In this document: positions 27,244-36,253 of the stretch, piece after piece | How the letters are laid out: each line of letters opens with the position of its first letter | How positions within the stretch are numbered: position 1 is the stretch's first letter | IMG/VR virus record: IMGVR_UViG_3300042458_000246 | Location: 1-62,151 of that record | Source of the DNA: a virus | Lineage: Duplodnaviria; Caudoviricetes | Reading direction: 5' to 3' (one strand) | Length of the DNA stretch: 62,151 nt | Notes under the pieces: model-generated | Told to the model about the DNA's origin: nothing | Database searches by the model: none | The model's input: the letters and a program-made list of their open reading frames with translations, nothing else | Translations under genes and position numbers: made by a program

Positions 27244-27246
27244 TAG
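27231..27246 (+). promoter_or_regulatory. Phage RNAP promoter overlapping the thioredoxin stop, just before the tRNA
   Basis: AGCAGGTACCTAATAG, 14/16. Confidence 0.7.
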
Positions 27247-27249
27247 AAA

Positions 27250-27323
27250 AGCGGAGTAGCTCAGTAGAAGAGCGATGGACTCATAATCCATAGGTCAGGG
27301 GTGCGACTCCCTTCTCCGCAACC
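27250..27323 (+). tRNA. tRNA with CAT anticodon (Met or Ile2)
   Basis: GCGGAG/CTCCGC acceptor, GCTC/GAGC D-stem, ATGGA-CTCATAA-TCCAT, T-arm AGGGG-TGCGACT-CCCTT. Confidence 0.85.
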
Positions 27324-27400
27324 CTCGGTCCGACTCTACCGTTACGGAGTCACTGAACAATCTGATAGTCAAGTGATTAGGTTCATAAGATATTCAGCTA

Positions 27401-27480
27401 GAGGGGTATAATTCAACTGGTTAGAATCGAGGATGTATAAGCTTCGGGATGTGGTGTTCGAATCCCACTACCTCTCTTCA
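27401..27480 (+). pseudogene. Degenerate tRNA-like element, anticodon undetermined
   Basis: GAGGGGTA/TACCTCTC acceptor, ATTC/GAAT D-stem, GTTCGAATC T-loop, but a 9-nt anticodon loop and a bulged T-stem. Confidence 0.6.
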
Positions 27481-27499
27481 ATAAACATAGGACACAACA

Positions 27500-27832
27500 A
27501 TGGCTAAAACAAAACACCCTAAATACTATTCAAGGAAATTCCTTAATAAGACTCAAGGTACTGCAATGATTGAAATCAGAGCAGATATCAGTGCTTATTC
27601 TATGGATGGTACTATATGTATATCTGATTGTTATCGTAAATCAGAATTAGATATGCACATATATGATAAGAAATCATTAAAAGAAAAGTATGATAAATTA
27701 GAATTATTAATTAAAGAATTAACTTTATTTAAAGAGTTTATAGATACTAATGCTGATTATTATTTTGAATTAAAAGCTAAAAATAAAGATAAAAGCTTAT
27801 TAGCATTATTAAATGAGGATGAAGATGATTAA
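27500..27832 (+). CDS. Hypothetical protein
   Basis: AGGA RBS; RKFLN...ISDC motif. Confidence 0.7.
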   Translation: MAKTKHPKYYSRKFLNKTQGTAMIEIRADISAYSMDGTICISDCYRKSELDMHIYDKKSLKEKYDKLELLIKELTLFKEFIDTNADYYFELKAKNKDKSLLALLNEDEDD

Positions 27833-28022
27833 TCAACATGATATTGAGGACTTGTGTCCTGACTACTACAAATCTCAGGAAGAAATCCTGCATGATGACA
27901 GAGCCTATTGGTACGACATTGAGCTACAGGGCTTAAAACTCCCTGAGGTATGGGGTAAGTATATCTTAGGTGAAAACGTTAGATCCTACGAGTTTAATAT
28001 TAGCAAAGGCTATTATGGGTAA
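27825..28022 (+). CDS. Hypothetical protein
   Basis: GAGGA RBS. Confidence 0.55.
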   Translation: MINQHDIEDLCPDYYKSQEEILHDDRAYWYDIELQGLKLPEVWGKYILGENVRSYEFNISKGYYG

Positions 28023-28167
28023 AGGTAGTGGTCGTAGACCAACCGATGAAAACAAGTTCCAAAGTAATTATGACCTGATCTTTGGCAAGAAACCACCTGA
28101 AGGTCAGGATAAAGATAAGGAAAAACAAGATGGCAACAATGACACCACCCAAAATGAAAGACAGTGA
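28015..28167 (+). CDS. Small conserved phage protein (MGKGSxRRP...NYDxIF)
   Basis: Recurrent small-ORF motif. Confidence 0.65.
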   Translation: MGKGSGRRPTDENKFQSNYDLIFGKKPPEGQDKDKEKQDGNNDTTQNERQ

Positions 28168-28609
28168 CCTATGTACAATGCTTATGCAATTGTTTGCAGA
28201 CAACTTTGTAACATATTTTAAGTCACATACCTATCACTTCAATGTAGAAGGTCCTATGTTTGCTCAAGATCATGCTTTGTTGCAAGAGATCTATGAGTTT
28301 CTACATGAACAACATGACGGGATTGGCGAGCAGATTCGTCAGCTAAACAAAGGAACACCTTGTTCTCTTAAAGAAGTCCTTAGTATGACTGACATGGTTG
28401 AATGCGATTCACCAAAGAAACCTAGTAAAGAAATGTTTACATGGTTGAATGAAGACTTTGATTCACTATGTAATTCCGCTCAAAAGATCTATGATGAAGC
28501 TGACATGGAATGCTATGGTGGATTAGCTACATTTGTTGGTGACTATATTAGAGACTTGTCTAAGCTTAACTGGAAAGTCAAAGCAACTTTAGGAAAGAGT
28601 TTTAAATGA
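28130..28609 (+). CDS. dps: Dps/ferritin-like protein
   Basis: HTYHFNVEGPMFAQDH.LLQEIY......DGIGEQIR matches the Dps ferroxidase signature; AAGGA RBS. Confidence 0.85.
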   Translation: MATMTPPKMKDSDLCTMLMQLFADNFVTYFKSHTYHFNVEGPMFAQDHALLQEIYEFLHEQHDGIGEQIRQLNKGTPCSLKEVLSMTDMVECDSPKKPSKEMFTWLNEDFDSLCNSAQKIYDEADMECYGGLATFVGDYIRDLSKLNWKVKATLGKSFK

Positions 28610-28887
28610 AATCATATAACGTACAAGCATTAAGAGGTCATGACTATGATGATCATGACTTTCAAATAGATATGCGGGATGTTGGTATTAATATCCCTGA
28701 TAATGTTCTTTATACTAAAGACCTTGGTCCTTATGTAATCAATGAAGTATATAAACAAAGTTCAACAGGCTTAGTTGATGTTCTTAACGACAAAACAGGT
28801 ATGCCTTATACTAAAACAGAAGCTGAAGAAACTGCTAAGAGTAATAAATCACAAGCATTAGATATGTATAACCAGCTATTAAGCTAA
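28606..28887 (+). CDS. Hypothetical protein
   Basis: ATGA overlap; last gene of the + arm. Confidence 0.7.
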   Translation: MKSYNVQALRGHDYDDHDFQIDMRDVGINIPDNVLYTKDLGPYVINEVYKQSSTGLVDVLNDKTGMPYTKTEAEETAKSNKSQALDMYNQLLS

Positions 28888-28940
28888 AAAAAAAAAATAA
28901 CCCCTACTAGGATAATTCCTAATAGGGGTTTTTTTATTTG
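28886..28940. terminator. Bidirectional intrinsic terminator between the two arms
   Basis: A-run, then AACCCCTACTAGGA-TAAT-TCCTAATAGGGGTT, then a T-run. Confidence 0.92.
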
Positions 28941-31900
28941 TCAGGTAAAGAAATAAATCATTCCCTTGTTGCCTCGTGCTTTAAGTTCTTTTAAGAATGC
29001 ATCACGTTTGTCTTTATATTTTAAGCTATCCCAAGCATATATGCCTGAATATTTTGAATTAAAATTATAATACATATACATATTATCTGCTAAAGATTTT
29101 GCCTGTTGTTTTGTAATACGAGTAGACTCAGGTCTATCAGGACCCGGAGGTGTATAACCTGAAGATTTACTTTCAAGAAATTCTTTTAATTTCTTTTGAT
29201 AATCTGCTAACTCATTTGGTTTTTTATCTTTTAGATATTTGTATTCACGATCAATAGTAGTAAACATACCTTTGTAAGGTGATCCTGGACCAACTACAAT
29301 TTCATCATTACGCATCATTTCAGGAACAGCTTCTCTGAGTTGCTTCATAAAGTCAGTAGTAAAACCTTTAGCCATGTTCCACTCAAACACTTTAGGAGCT
29401 ACAATATTGTTAGCTACATAGTGAACAAATGGATAACTCATAGAGTCAACAATAAAGTTATCAAACACAGGAATAATAAAGCTAGAGTCTGCTGGTGTCT
29501 TATTACCATTAAGTAACCTTGCTGTCTCAGCAATAATAATTGACTCACGGTATTGACCGAATGTAGGACCAACTTGGTTAACTGCTCCAGAACCTTCTTC
29601 AGGTGTAAACAAAGATCCATCGTCTAACCTTAAGCCCTTAGCTTTAGCTGGTGCTAATGGGTTAAACATTCTGGCAGTCTCCATTATACGTCTTCGTATA
29701 CCTTCTGTACCTTTAATCTGAACAATATTGCCTGTAGGTTCAGTACCAAATCTACCAATAGAAATGTTTTCATTATAGTAACCAATTGGCTTAGGCACTC
29801 GACCAAACATTTGTAAATACCTAACCATCTTTTTAGGTAATACATATTGCCAAGAGTCAGTTGTTTGTTTTAGAGTTGATTTATAAATTTCATTAATGTC
29901 TTTAGCTAAAGCATTAACGTCACCATTATAAAACCTTACTGCTTCATCTCTAAATTCAGGATGACTCTTTAAGAAAGCTTGGGCTTCTGCAATGTGGTAA
30001 TTAGCTGGCTTACCATAGTCGGTAGTCATCAAGACTTTCTTTGAGAAGTCTTTATTGAATTGTTTATTACCAGCAACTCCTGCACCACCATATTTAGCAA
30101 GTAGAATTTTAAAGTTTTCAACCTTATCTGGTTGGCTATCTCCAAATGCAGAAGCAATACCTTGATCTAGAGCTACTGTTGTAAAGTAATATCGTGGATC
30201 ACCTTTCTCATTAGGTAATGTATCGGTAAATAGATCACCAACTTTATCAATAAACTTATCCCATACCAAACCAACACGGCTTAAAATATCCATGTTACCA
30301 ACATCAGAAGCTAAGAAAGAACGACCAGCAGAATTCATATCAAGAGCTACAGTAACCCTTGGAGTAAAAGGAGTTCCATTTAACTTAGAATCTAAGTAAT
30401 TAGCGGCATCAAGATAAGCCTGAAGTTTGTAACCCCAGTCATCTCTATCTGCTTCTTTAAGGAAATTATCTAATGCACCCTTTTGAGCAGGAGTAAGTTT
30501 CTCAATAAGACCTTCTGGTTTGCCAAGAGCATTAACAACTTCACGAGTATTGTTAGGCACAATGCTACGCAACAATCTACCCTTTGCAGCAGCCTCAGCA
30601 ATAAACTCTGGTGTTACTGTTTGTAACAAGTCAGGCAACAAAATAGATTCAGATGACATACCCGCAGATCTACTTGAGTCAAGCACACGACCAAGAGTTG
30701 TAAGGAAGCTTAACTCTTTTTCATCTGATGACAAAGAAAAGTTATTGTTACGAGCTTTACCTGCAATCCTGTTAAAGAAACCTTCAGCAGTTGCTTTGTT
30801 AACACCTGTATTATGGAAGTTACTATTAAGCATAATAGGAGCAGACTTACCTACTGTTAATGCACGAGTCCACTTATTACGTTGTGGATTAAAGTCAGTT
30901 GCATCCTGATACATTCGGTGTGTTGCATAGTCTTCCCAGTAAGTAGAGAACTGCGGACCACCATAAGCTACATGTTTTGCCATGTCACCTAGTTCAGTCT
31001 GAAGATTGTTTACTTTTTGATCAATCACTTCTGCCGCTGTTTTGTTTCCATTAACAGAAGCATCTTGAATGTCTTCTTCAGATACCTTTAACAAGCCCAT
31101 AACATTTAATTGTGCTGGACTAGTTGGATTCATTACATGACCGAGAATAGCTTCATTAAACAAAGCAGCAAAGTAAGCTTTAACAGGAGAAATAAATAAG
31201 GGTACTTTAGCTACAGCACCTTTGGCTTCCGCCATTTCTTTGGTAGCAGTATACTCTTGCTTTTTCTTATCCATTTCACGGACGTCTTGCAACGCACCTT
31301 GATAAGCACCTGTCTCTGTTGGAGGAGCCTTTTGAGCTTTACCTGACAATGCACCAGTAACACTACGTTGCATGCCTTTGCTTTTGTATCTCAACTCAGC
31401 ACCTAAACCAGGACTTAACCGAAGAATCTCAGTACCTTGTGGATCAACATCCTCAATTAGATATCCTTTATCAACTAGTGCTTGGCTAATAGTTGCACCA
31501 GCCGCTTCATTAGAAATGTTTTGATTAATAGCTTGGGAGTCACCAACAAAGGTTTCTTCTCCTGCACCTTTAGATAACTTCTTAAACAGACGACCTAGGT
31601 TCTTTTCAACCATGTCCCGTTTAAGACCACCGTTAACAGCTACCTTACTTAGCGGACCATCACCATCATCCATTAACATTTGATCTAAACCACTGATATC
31701 AGAGTTGTCTTCAGCAGACATAATCTCACCGTCTTTTTGATTTGCAGCACCTGACAACATAGGGGCTAACAAAATAAAAGAAGTAGTAGCCGCATTACCA
31801 ACTTGTTTAGTATCTAAACCAGTACCTTGTTTAAGGTAAGTAAGACCATTGAGTTGTGCATTAGAAGTTGTTCCTTCTTTATACAAGCCAACACTTAAAT

Positions 31901-32444
31901 CGTTTAAACCATTAGCAATATTCATAGCAGTACGAACAATAGCACCTGCTTCAGTAGCTTGAACTGCACCATCACCATAAGCAGTCCTAATGCCTTCTTC
32001 ATTTTCCCAACGAGAAGGATCAAGGATTTTCCTTGCTTCCATTTGACTGTTACGTTCTTCTTGAAGTTTACTATAGTAGTCTTCGTTAGTACTTTCACTA
32101 GCAAAAGTATCCATACCAAAGCCACCATCCTCTTGAGGGGCTTCAGTCATCTCTGGCATGTCATCAATGGGTTGTTCGTTAAGAATTAACTCAGGAGGAA
32201 CAGGCTGGCGAACATCAGTACCTGCTAGTAGCCTTGCATCAGGAGGTAAACCAGAAAGCCTTCTTGGAGGAACAAATGCTTCTTCTTCACCAAACATTGC
32301 AGATGGATTAGGAACTACTTGTTGCTCAGGTGGTGGAGGAGCATTCATACGAGCATTAGCTTCGTTGATTTGCTGTTGAAGTAAATCGTCTGCAATACGT
32401 GGTATTGTAGGTACGTTAACCTTTGTATTAATATTAATCGCCAT
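28941..32444 (-). CDS. Putative virion-packaged single-subunit RNA polymerase (divergent), 1167 aa
   Basis: Collinear RNAP motifs DYATHRMY, FNPQRNKWTRAL, A VALDMNSAG, B KDFSKKVLMTTDYG, C PVFDNF; last gene of the ejection module. Confidence 0.75.
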   Translation of the reverse strand: MAININTKVNVPTIPRIADDLLQQQINEANARMNAPPPPEQQVVPNPSAMFGEEEAFVPPRRLSGLPPDARLLAGTDVRQPVPPELILNEQPIDDMPEMTEAPQEDGGFGMDTFASESTNEDYYSKLQEERNSQMEARKILDPSRWENEEGIRTAYGDGAVQATEAGAIVRTAMNIANGLNDLSVGLYKEGTTSNAQLNGLTYLKQGTGLDTKQVGNAATTSFILLAPMLSGAANQKDGEIMSAEDNSDISGLDQMLMDDGDGPLSKVAVNGGLKRDMVEKNLGRLFKKLSKGAGEETFVGDSQAINQNISNEAAGATISQALVDKGYLIEDVDPQGTEILRLSPGLGAELRYKSKGMQRSVTGALSGKAQKAPPTETGAYQGALQDVREMDKKKQEYTATKEMAEAKGAVAKVPLFISPVKAYFAALFNEAILGHVMNPTSPAQLNVMGLLKVSEEDIQDASVNGNKTAAEVIDQKVNNLQTELGDMAKHVAYGGPQFSTYWEDYATHRMYQDATDFNPQRNKWTRALTVGKSAPIMLNSNFHNTGVNKATAEGFFNRIAGKARNNNFSLSSDEKELSFLTTLGRVLDSSRSAGMSSESILLPDLLQTVTPEFIAEAAAKGRLLRSIVPNNTREVVNALGKPEGLIEKLTPAQKGALDNFLKEADRDDWGYKLQAYLDAANYLDSKLNGTPFTPRVTVALDMNSAGRSFLASDVGNMDILSRVGLVWDKFIDKVGDLFTDTLPNEKGDPRYYFTTVALDQGIASAFGDSQPDKVENFKILLAKYGGAGVAGNKQFNKDFSKKVLMTTDYGKPANYHIAEAQAFLKSHPEFRDEAVRFYNGDVNALAKDINEIYKSTLKQTTDSWQYVLPKKMVRYLQMFGRVPKPIGYYNENISIGRFGTEPTGNIVQIKGTEGIRRRIMETARMFNPLAPAKAKGLRLDDGSLFTPEEGSGAVNQVGPTFGQYRESIIIAETARLLNGNKTPADSSFIIPVFDNFIVDSMSYPFVHYVANNIVAPKVFEWNMAKGFTTDFMKQLREAVPEMMRNDEIVVGPGSPYKGMFTTIDREYKYLKDKKPNELADYQKKLKEFLESKSSGYTPPGPDRPESTRITKQQAKSLADNMYMYYNFNSKYSGIYAWDSLKYKDKRDAFLKELKARGNKGMIYFFT

Positions 32445-35400
32445 TTGATTTTCCTAACTCTTTTTGTAAGTATTTAGCGAAAGCGGGACTTGTTCCAACT
32501 ATGGGAAGCAGCTTCGCACCCTGTTCAATCTTTTTACCTTCCGGTGCCTCCAAAGCTCTTTTAACCTTATTAAGGTATGAAAGCTGTGCAGATTGATCGG
32601 CAATCTTATCTATAATATCTTTCTTTCTGTTGTCTTCCATCAACGGGAACATCTGATCAAACACTCTTTGTCCAGAACCTAAGATACCCATCTGATTAAT
32701 AACTCTTAAAAACTCTTTGTTTTCTTTAATCCATTTAGGTGGGCTTTCTCCGTACTTGATCATGTCTTTAATATACAAAGCAATCATAGACAAACCAATC
32801 ATCATAGCAATAACAGCTGCAGAATTCTTTTGGTCTTCTGATCCTGCTTTACGCAAATCGCCTAACAACCGTGGAAGAATATTAGCGGTAAATGCTGATG
32901 TGTATCCTGTAAATTGAGTAAACAATTTTAAATAAGGATCGCTATAAAACTTAGGTCTATTAAGAGTGCTAGGTAAAACAACAGCTTCATTAACAAAGTT
33001 GTAAGTAGCTTGTTGTAAGTTATTAACAACATAATCTTCTTTAGACTTTGTATCAGCATCAATAGCCATCATGTATTCATAGTCAACATTTATTCTTCTT
33101 AAATGATCTTTAGCATCTGTTATCTCTTGCTCTGTACCTGTACCTTGAGTAACAACATCTAACCAATTCTGAATAGCATCAGCTGCAATAGCTAAACGAG
33201 CATTACGGGTAATAGCAGTCACAGAAGTAAGACCAGTTATCTTAAAGAAACCATCAGTCCACTTTGAATAGTAGGAAGTTAATATATCATTACGATGTCC
33301 AATACCACCTTCCCTAAGGTATCCTGCTTCAGATAGTTCTGTTCTTATTCTAGCGTTCTTGATAAGAACCCTATCAGAAACTTTATTGCCAAGCTCTCGA
33401 TATATAGCACCCATCTCACTGCCTGTACTTTTAAGTAATGCAAGAGTAGCTTTAGCAGCTTGTGGTCTATTTAGATTACGATATATCTGAGCGAACTCTA
33501 CAGTAGAACTAATAGCGGCTAATGGTAATGCAGTAATAGTAGACAAAAAGTTAAGAGTATTCAAACCACCTTTTAAGTAAGGGTTAGTAATAGCTTTGTA
33601 CTCTCCATTACGTATTGCTAATACGTCTTGAATTTCTTTAGCTATAAATCCTGCTTGTTCAGTATCTATATCACCGTTGTCTAACATCTTTTGAACTAAT
33701 GCTGCAAGCTTAGAACCATTTTCTCCAATGAGTTCTTTATTAGTATTATATGCTGCTGCAGATGCCGCCAAAGAGTAAGCATTGTCTAATATATTATGAG
33801 ACATGTATTGACTAAATAAACTTTTAAATCCTGGTTGAGCTATCTTAGCTTCTAATTCTTGTTTACCTTTAATCTTTTCAGCATTACCATTAAGCATTGC
33901 ATCAAGAGAATCTTCAAAGCTATTTACTTGTTTGTTATCAAGTATTGCATTAGTTAATTGTGTTGCATCTGCATAATTCATATTCAAATGCTGTTGTAAA
34001 TCTTTAACAAACTTAGCAGAGTTTCTTGATACAAGTGCTTTATCTAATGGTTTGTGTTCTAAGAATTGTTGGACAGATAAATCTTTGCCTGTTGATTCAT
34101 TATATGCTCGAGTTAAATTACTTATTCTATCTGCATAATCAATAATAGAGTCTTTGTATTCACCAAATTTACCATAGTCAATAGCTATTTTATCAGCAAT
34201 ATCTCTGGTAGAATCAGCAAACAAATCTTTTTTAATACGAGTTAATTCTTTTATAGCGTTAACAACAGTAGGATTAGAGATAATACGAGAGGCTTCTGTA
34301 GCAGACACCCCACTAAAAGAAGAAATAAAGTTTTCACTATTACCGAAGTTCTTAAAGATGTTTGATTCCATCATAGCCTGATGGTTCTCAATAGACGTAC
34401 CATTAACAGCATTAGAACTACCTAATAATGTAGCTAATGTAGCTGAATAAATGCTCTTATGATTAGTATCACCAGTTATAATGTTAGAAAACTTAGAGAA
34501 TAATCCACCAATACCTTTATCTTTTATAGCTGAATACGTTTTAGCAACAACACCTTCAGTACCTCTTTTAGAAATTTCAGGCTCTGCTAAAACATCTAAC
34601 GATGTCTTAACATTATTCTTTAATTGTGATGTTTCTGTTTCATTAATAACTTGTTTAGTTGAGGGCATTGTAACAAGAGGTTGATCTCCTGCTGCAATAC
34701 GTTGCTCATTAACATCACTAAGATATTTCTCTCTGAACTCAACATCTGTTGATGATCTAGGTATCTGATCACTAGTTGTTAATGCTGAATAAGTTTTAAT
34801 ACCACCAGCTAATCCACCACCTAATACAGCACCGCCAGCACCTGCATTCATTAGTCTAGACTTTAACTTTGTCATTTCTTCTGGTGAAGAAGGTAATTCA
34901 AAACCACCTTTCTCACCAAAATAACTAGTTAACTCTTGTCCTGTTTCTGTTAAGCCCTCAACAAAAGCTCCTGCTCCTGTAGCTAAACCAATATCCTTTA
35001 GTTTACCCATCTTACTACCAGAAATTGCTTTAAAAGCAGTACTAACTTCTTTAACTGATTCAGTCATAGACTTACGAACTAGCTCTTCAGCCGCTTCTTT
35101 AGTCATTGTTTTTTGTAATTCTTTTACAACTAAATCTTGAGTAGATTTCTTAGCAATATTTAAACCAGTATTTTTAAATAAATATCCTAAGGATAATTTA
35201 TCTAATACTGTCATAGTAAATCCAGCGGCAATAGCAGCTGTTGCATTCTTATTCTTTTGATCATTGTATACTTGACCTGTATACATACTAAAAGGAACTG
35301 TTAAAGAAACACCATAAGTTAATGGTGCCGCCATTGTAGCAACAATACTAGTTAACATTTGTGGTGCAGAAGCAGCAGCACTTCCTACTGTCCAATCAAA

Positions 35401-36243
35401 GAATTTGCCTAGAGTATCTAGTTTCCAGTTACCTTTTTCATCAAACGCTTCTGCGCTTCTTAACTCAGGTATGTCTGTTAACATTGAATTTTTAGTATTG
35501 ATACCTGATTGTGCAAAACTTTTTATTGCTTCACTACCAGTCTTGTCAGCAATAAGATCAAAGGTACCATATACGCTTTTAGAAGCTTGTAATTTACCTT
35601 GATCCCAACCACTATCCCAGTTAGAAGTAGCTTTACCAAATTTATCTTCACCAGTTCTAATAATAGATGGACCAGAAAAATAATCGCTGTTGCCTGAATC
35701 ATCAACAACACTACCAAATTGACCAGCAGTATCTGTATAACGCTTAGCCATAATACCACTAGCATTACGTTCTTTATTTAATGAGTTAAGAATGTTGTCT
35801 GCTAATGTAGGTTTATTATCAGCTCTTCGTTGGGCACGTTCTAAATTACCCATATACATAGAAGTATATTGTTCAGCACTTGTAGAAGTAGTTGGATCAA
35901 CATAACCTAATTCAAGGGCTTTATTAGTAAGACGTTTTCCAGAGGGATCTAGTAGATCTCCAACTTCCCGCTTATAAGATTTGTCTCCTGTAAAAACAGG
36001 TGTAGTATAATTACCTTCACTAATTAAATTTTCCATAATAGTAGTTTGGAAATCAGCTCCTAATTGAGCACCTTTAATTAAATTAGGTTGAAACTTAGCA
36101 GTCTCTCTAGCGTTAATACCTTGAAGACGGATAGATTCCCCTGTGGGGGTTACCGCAGTATCAGCATCTTTAAGTGAAATACCTCCCGGTAAATCGGATT
36201 TCCTCGAAAAAATCTGTCGAAGTTCTTCGTCTAATCTATCCAT
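32434..36243 (-). CDS. Large internal virion/ejection protein with N-terminal SNase-like domain, 1269 aa
   Basis: LKDADT...IRLQGINARET...DKSYKR...LELGY; hydrophobic segments; position in the module. Confidence 0.75.
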   Translation of the reverse strand: MDRLDEELRQIFSRKSDLPGGISLKDADTAVTPTGESIRLQGINARETAKFQPNLIKGAQLGADFQTTIMENLISEGNYTTPVFTGDKSYKREVGDLLDPSGKRLTNKALELGYVDPTTSTSAEQYTSMYMGNLERAQRRADNKPTLADNILNSLNKERNASGIMAKRYTDTAGQFGSVVDDSGNSDYFSGPSIIRTGEDKFGKATSNWDSGWDQGKLQASKSVYGTFDLIADKTGSEAIKSFAQSGINTKNSMLTDIPELRSAEAFDEKGNWKLDTLGKFFDWTVGSAAASAPQMLTSIVATMAAPLTYGVSLTVPFSMYTGQVYNDQKNKNATAAIAAGFTMTVLDKLSLGYLFKNTGLNIAKKSTQDLVVKELQKTMTKEAAEELVRKSMTESVKEVSTAFKAISGSKMGKLKDIGLATGAGAFVEGLTETGQELTSYFGEKGGFELPSSPEEMTKLKSRLMNAGAGGAVLGGGLAGGIKTYSALTTSDQIPRSSTDVEFREKYLSDVNEQRIAAGDQPLVTMPSTKQVINETETSQLKNNVKTSLDVLAEPEISKRGTEGVVAKTYSAIKDKGIGGLFSKFSNIITGDTNHKSIYSATLATLLGSSNAVNGTSIENHQAMMESNIFKNFGNSENFISSFSGVSATEASRIISNPTVVNAIKELTRIKKDLFADSTRDIADKIAIDYGKFGEYKDSIIDYADRISNLTRAYNESTGKDLSVQQFLEHKPLDKALVSRNSAKFVKDLQQHLNMNYADATQLTNAILDNKQVNSFEDSLDAMLNGNAEKIKGKQELEAKIAQPGFKSLFSQYMSHNILDNAYSLAASAAAYNTNKELIGENGSKLAALVQKMLDNGDIDTEQAGFIAKEIQDVLAIRNGEYKAITNPYLKGGLNTLNFLSTITALPLAAISSTVEFAQIYRNLNRPQAAKATLALLKSTGSEMGAIYRELGNKVSDRVLIKNARIRTELSEAGYLREGGIGHRNDILTSYYSKWTDGFFKITGLTSVTAITRNARLAIAADAIQNWLDVVTQGTGTEQEITDAKDHLRRINVDYEYMMAIDADTKSKEDYVVNNLQQATYNFVNEAVVLPSTLNRPKFYSDPYLKLFTQFTGYTSAFTANILPRLLGDLRKAGSEDQKNSAAVIAMMIGLSMIALYIKDMIKYGESPPKWIKENKEFLRVINQMGILGSGQRVFDQMFPLMEDNRKKDIIDKIADQSAQLSYLNKVKRALEAPEGKKIEQGAKLLPIVGTSPAFAKYLQKELGKSNGD

Positions 36244-36253
36244 TTATTTTCCT

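Noticed and set aside
27250-27480. tRNA as an attP site / temperate lifestyle
   Set aside because: No integrase, recombinase or repressor was recognised anywhere in the genome.
28911-28926. TTCCTAATAG as an eighth phage promoter
   Set aside because: It lacks the AGTCGG half and is the 3' arm of the bidirectional terminator.
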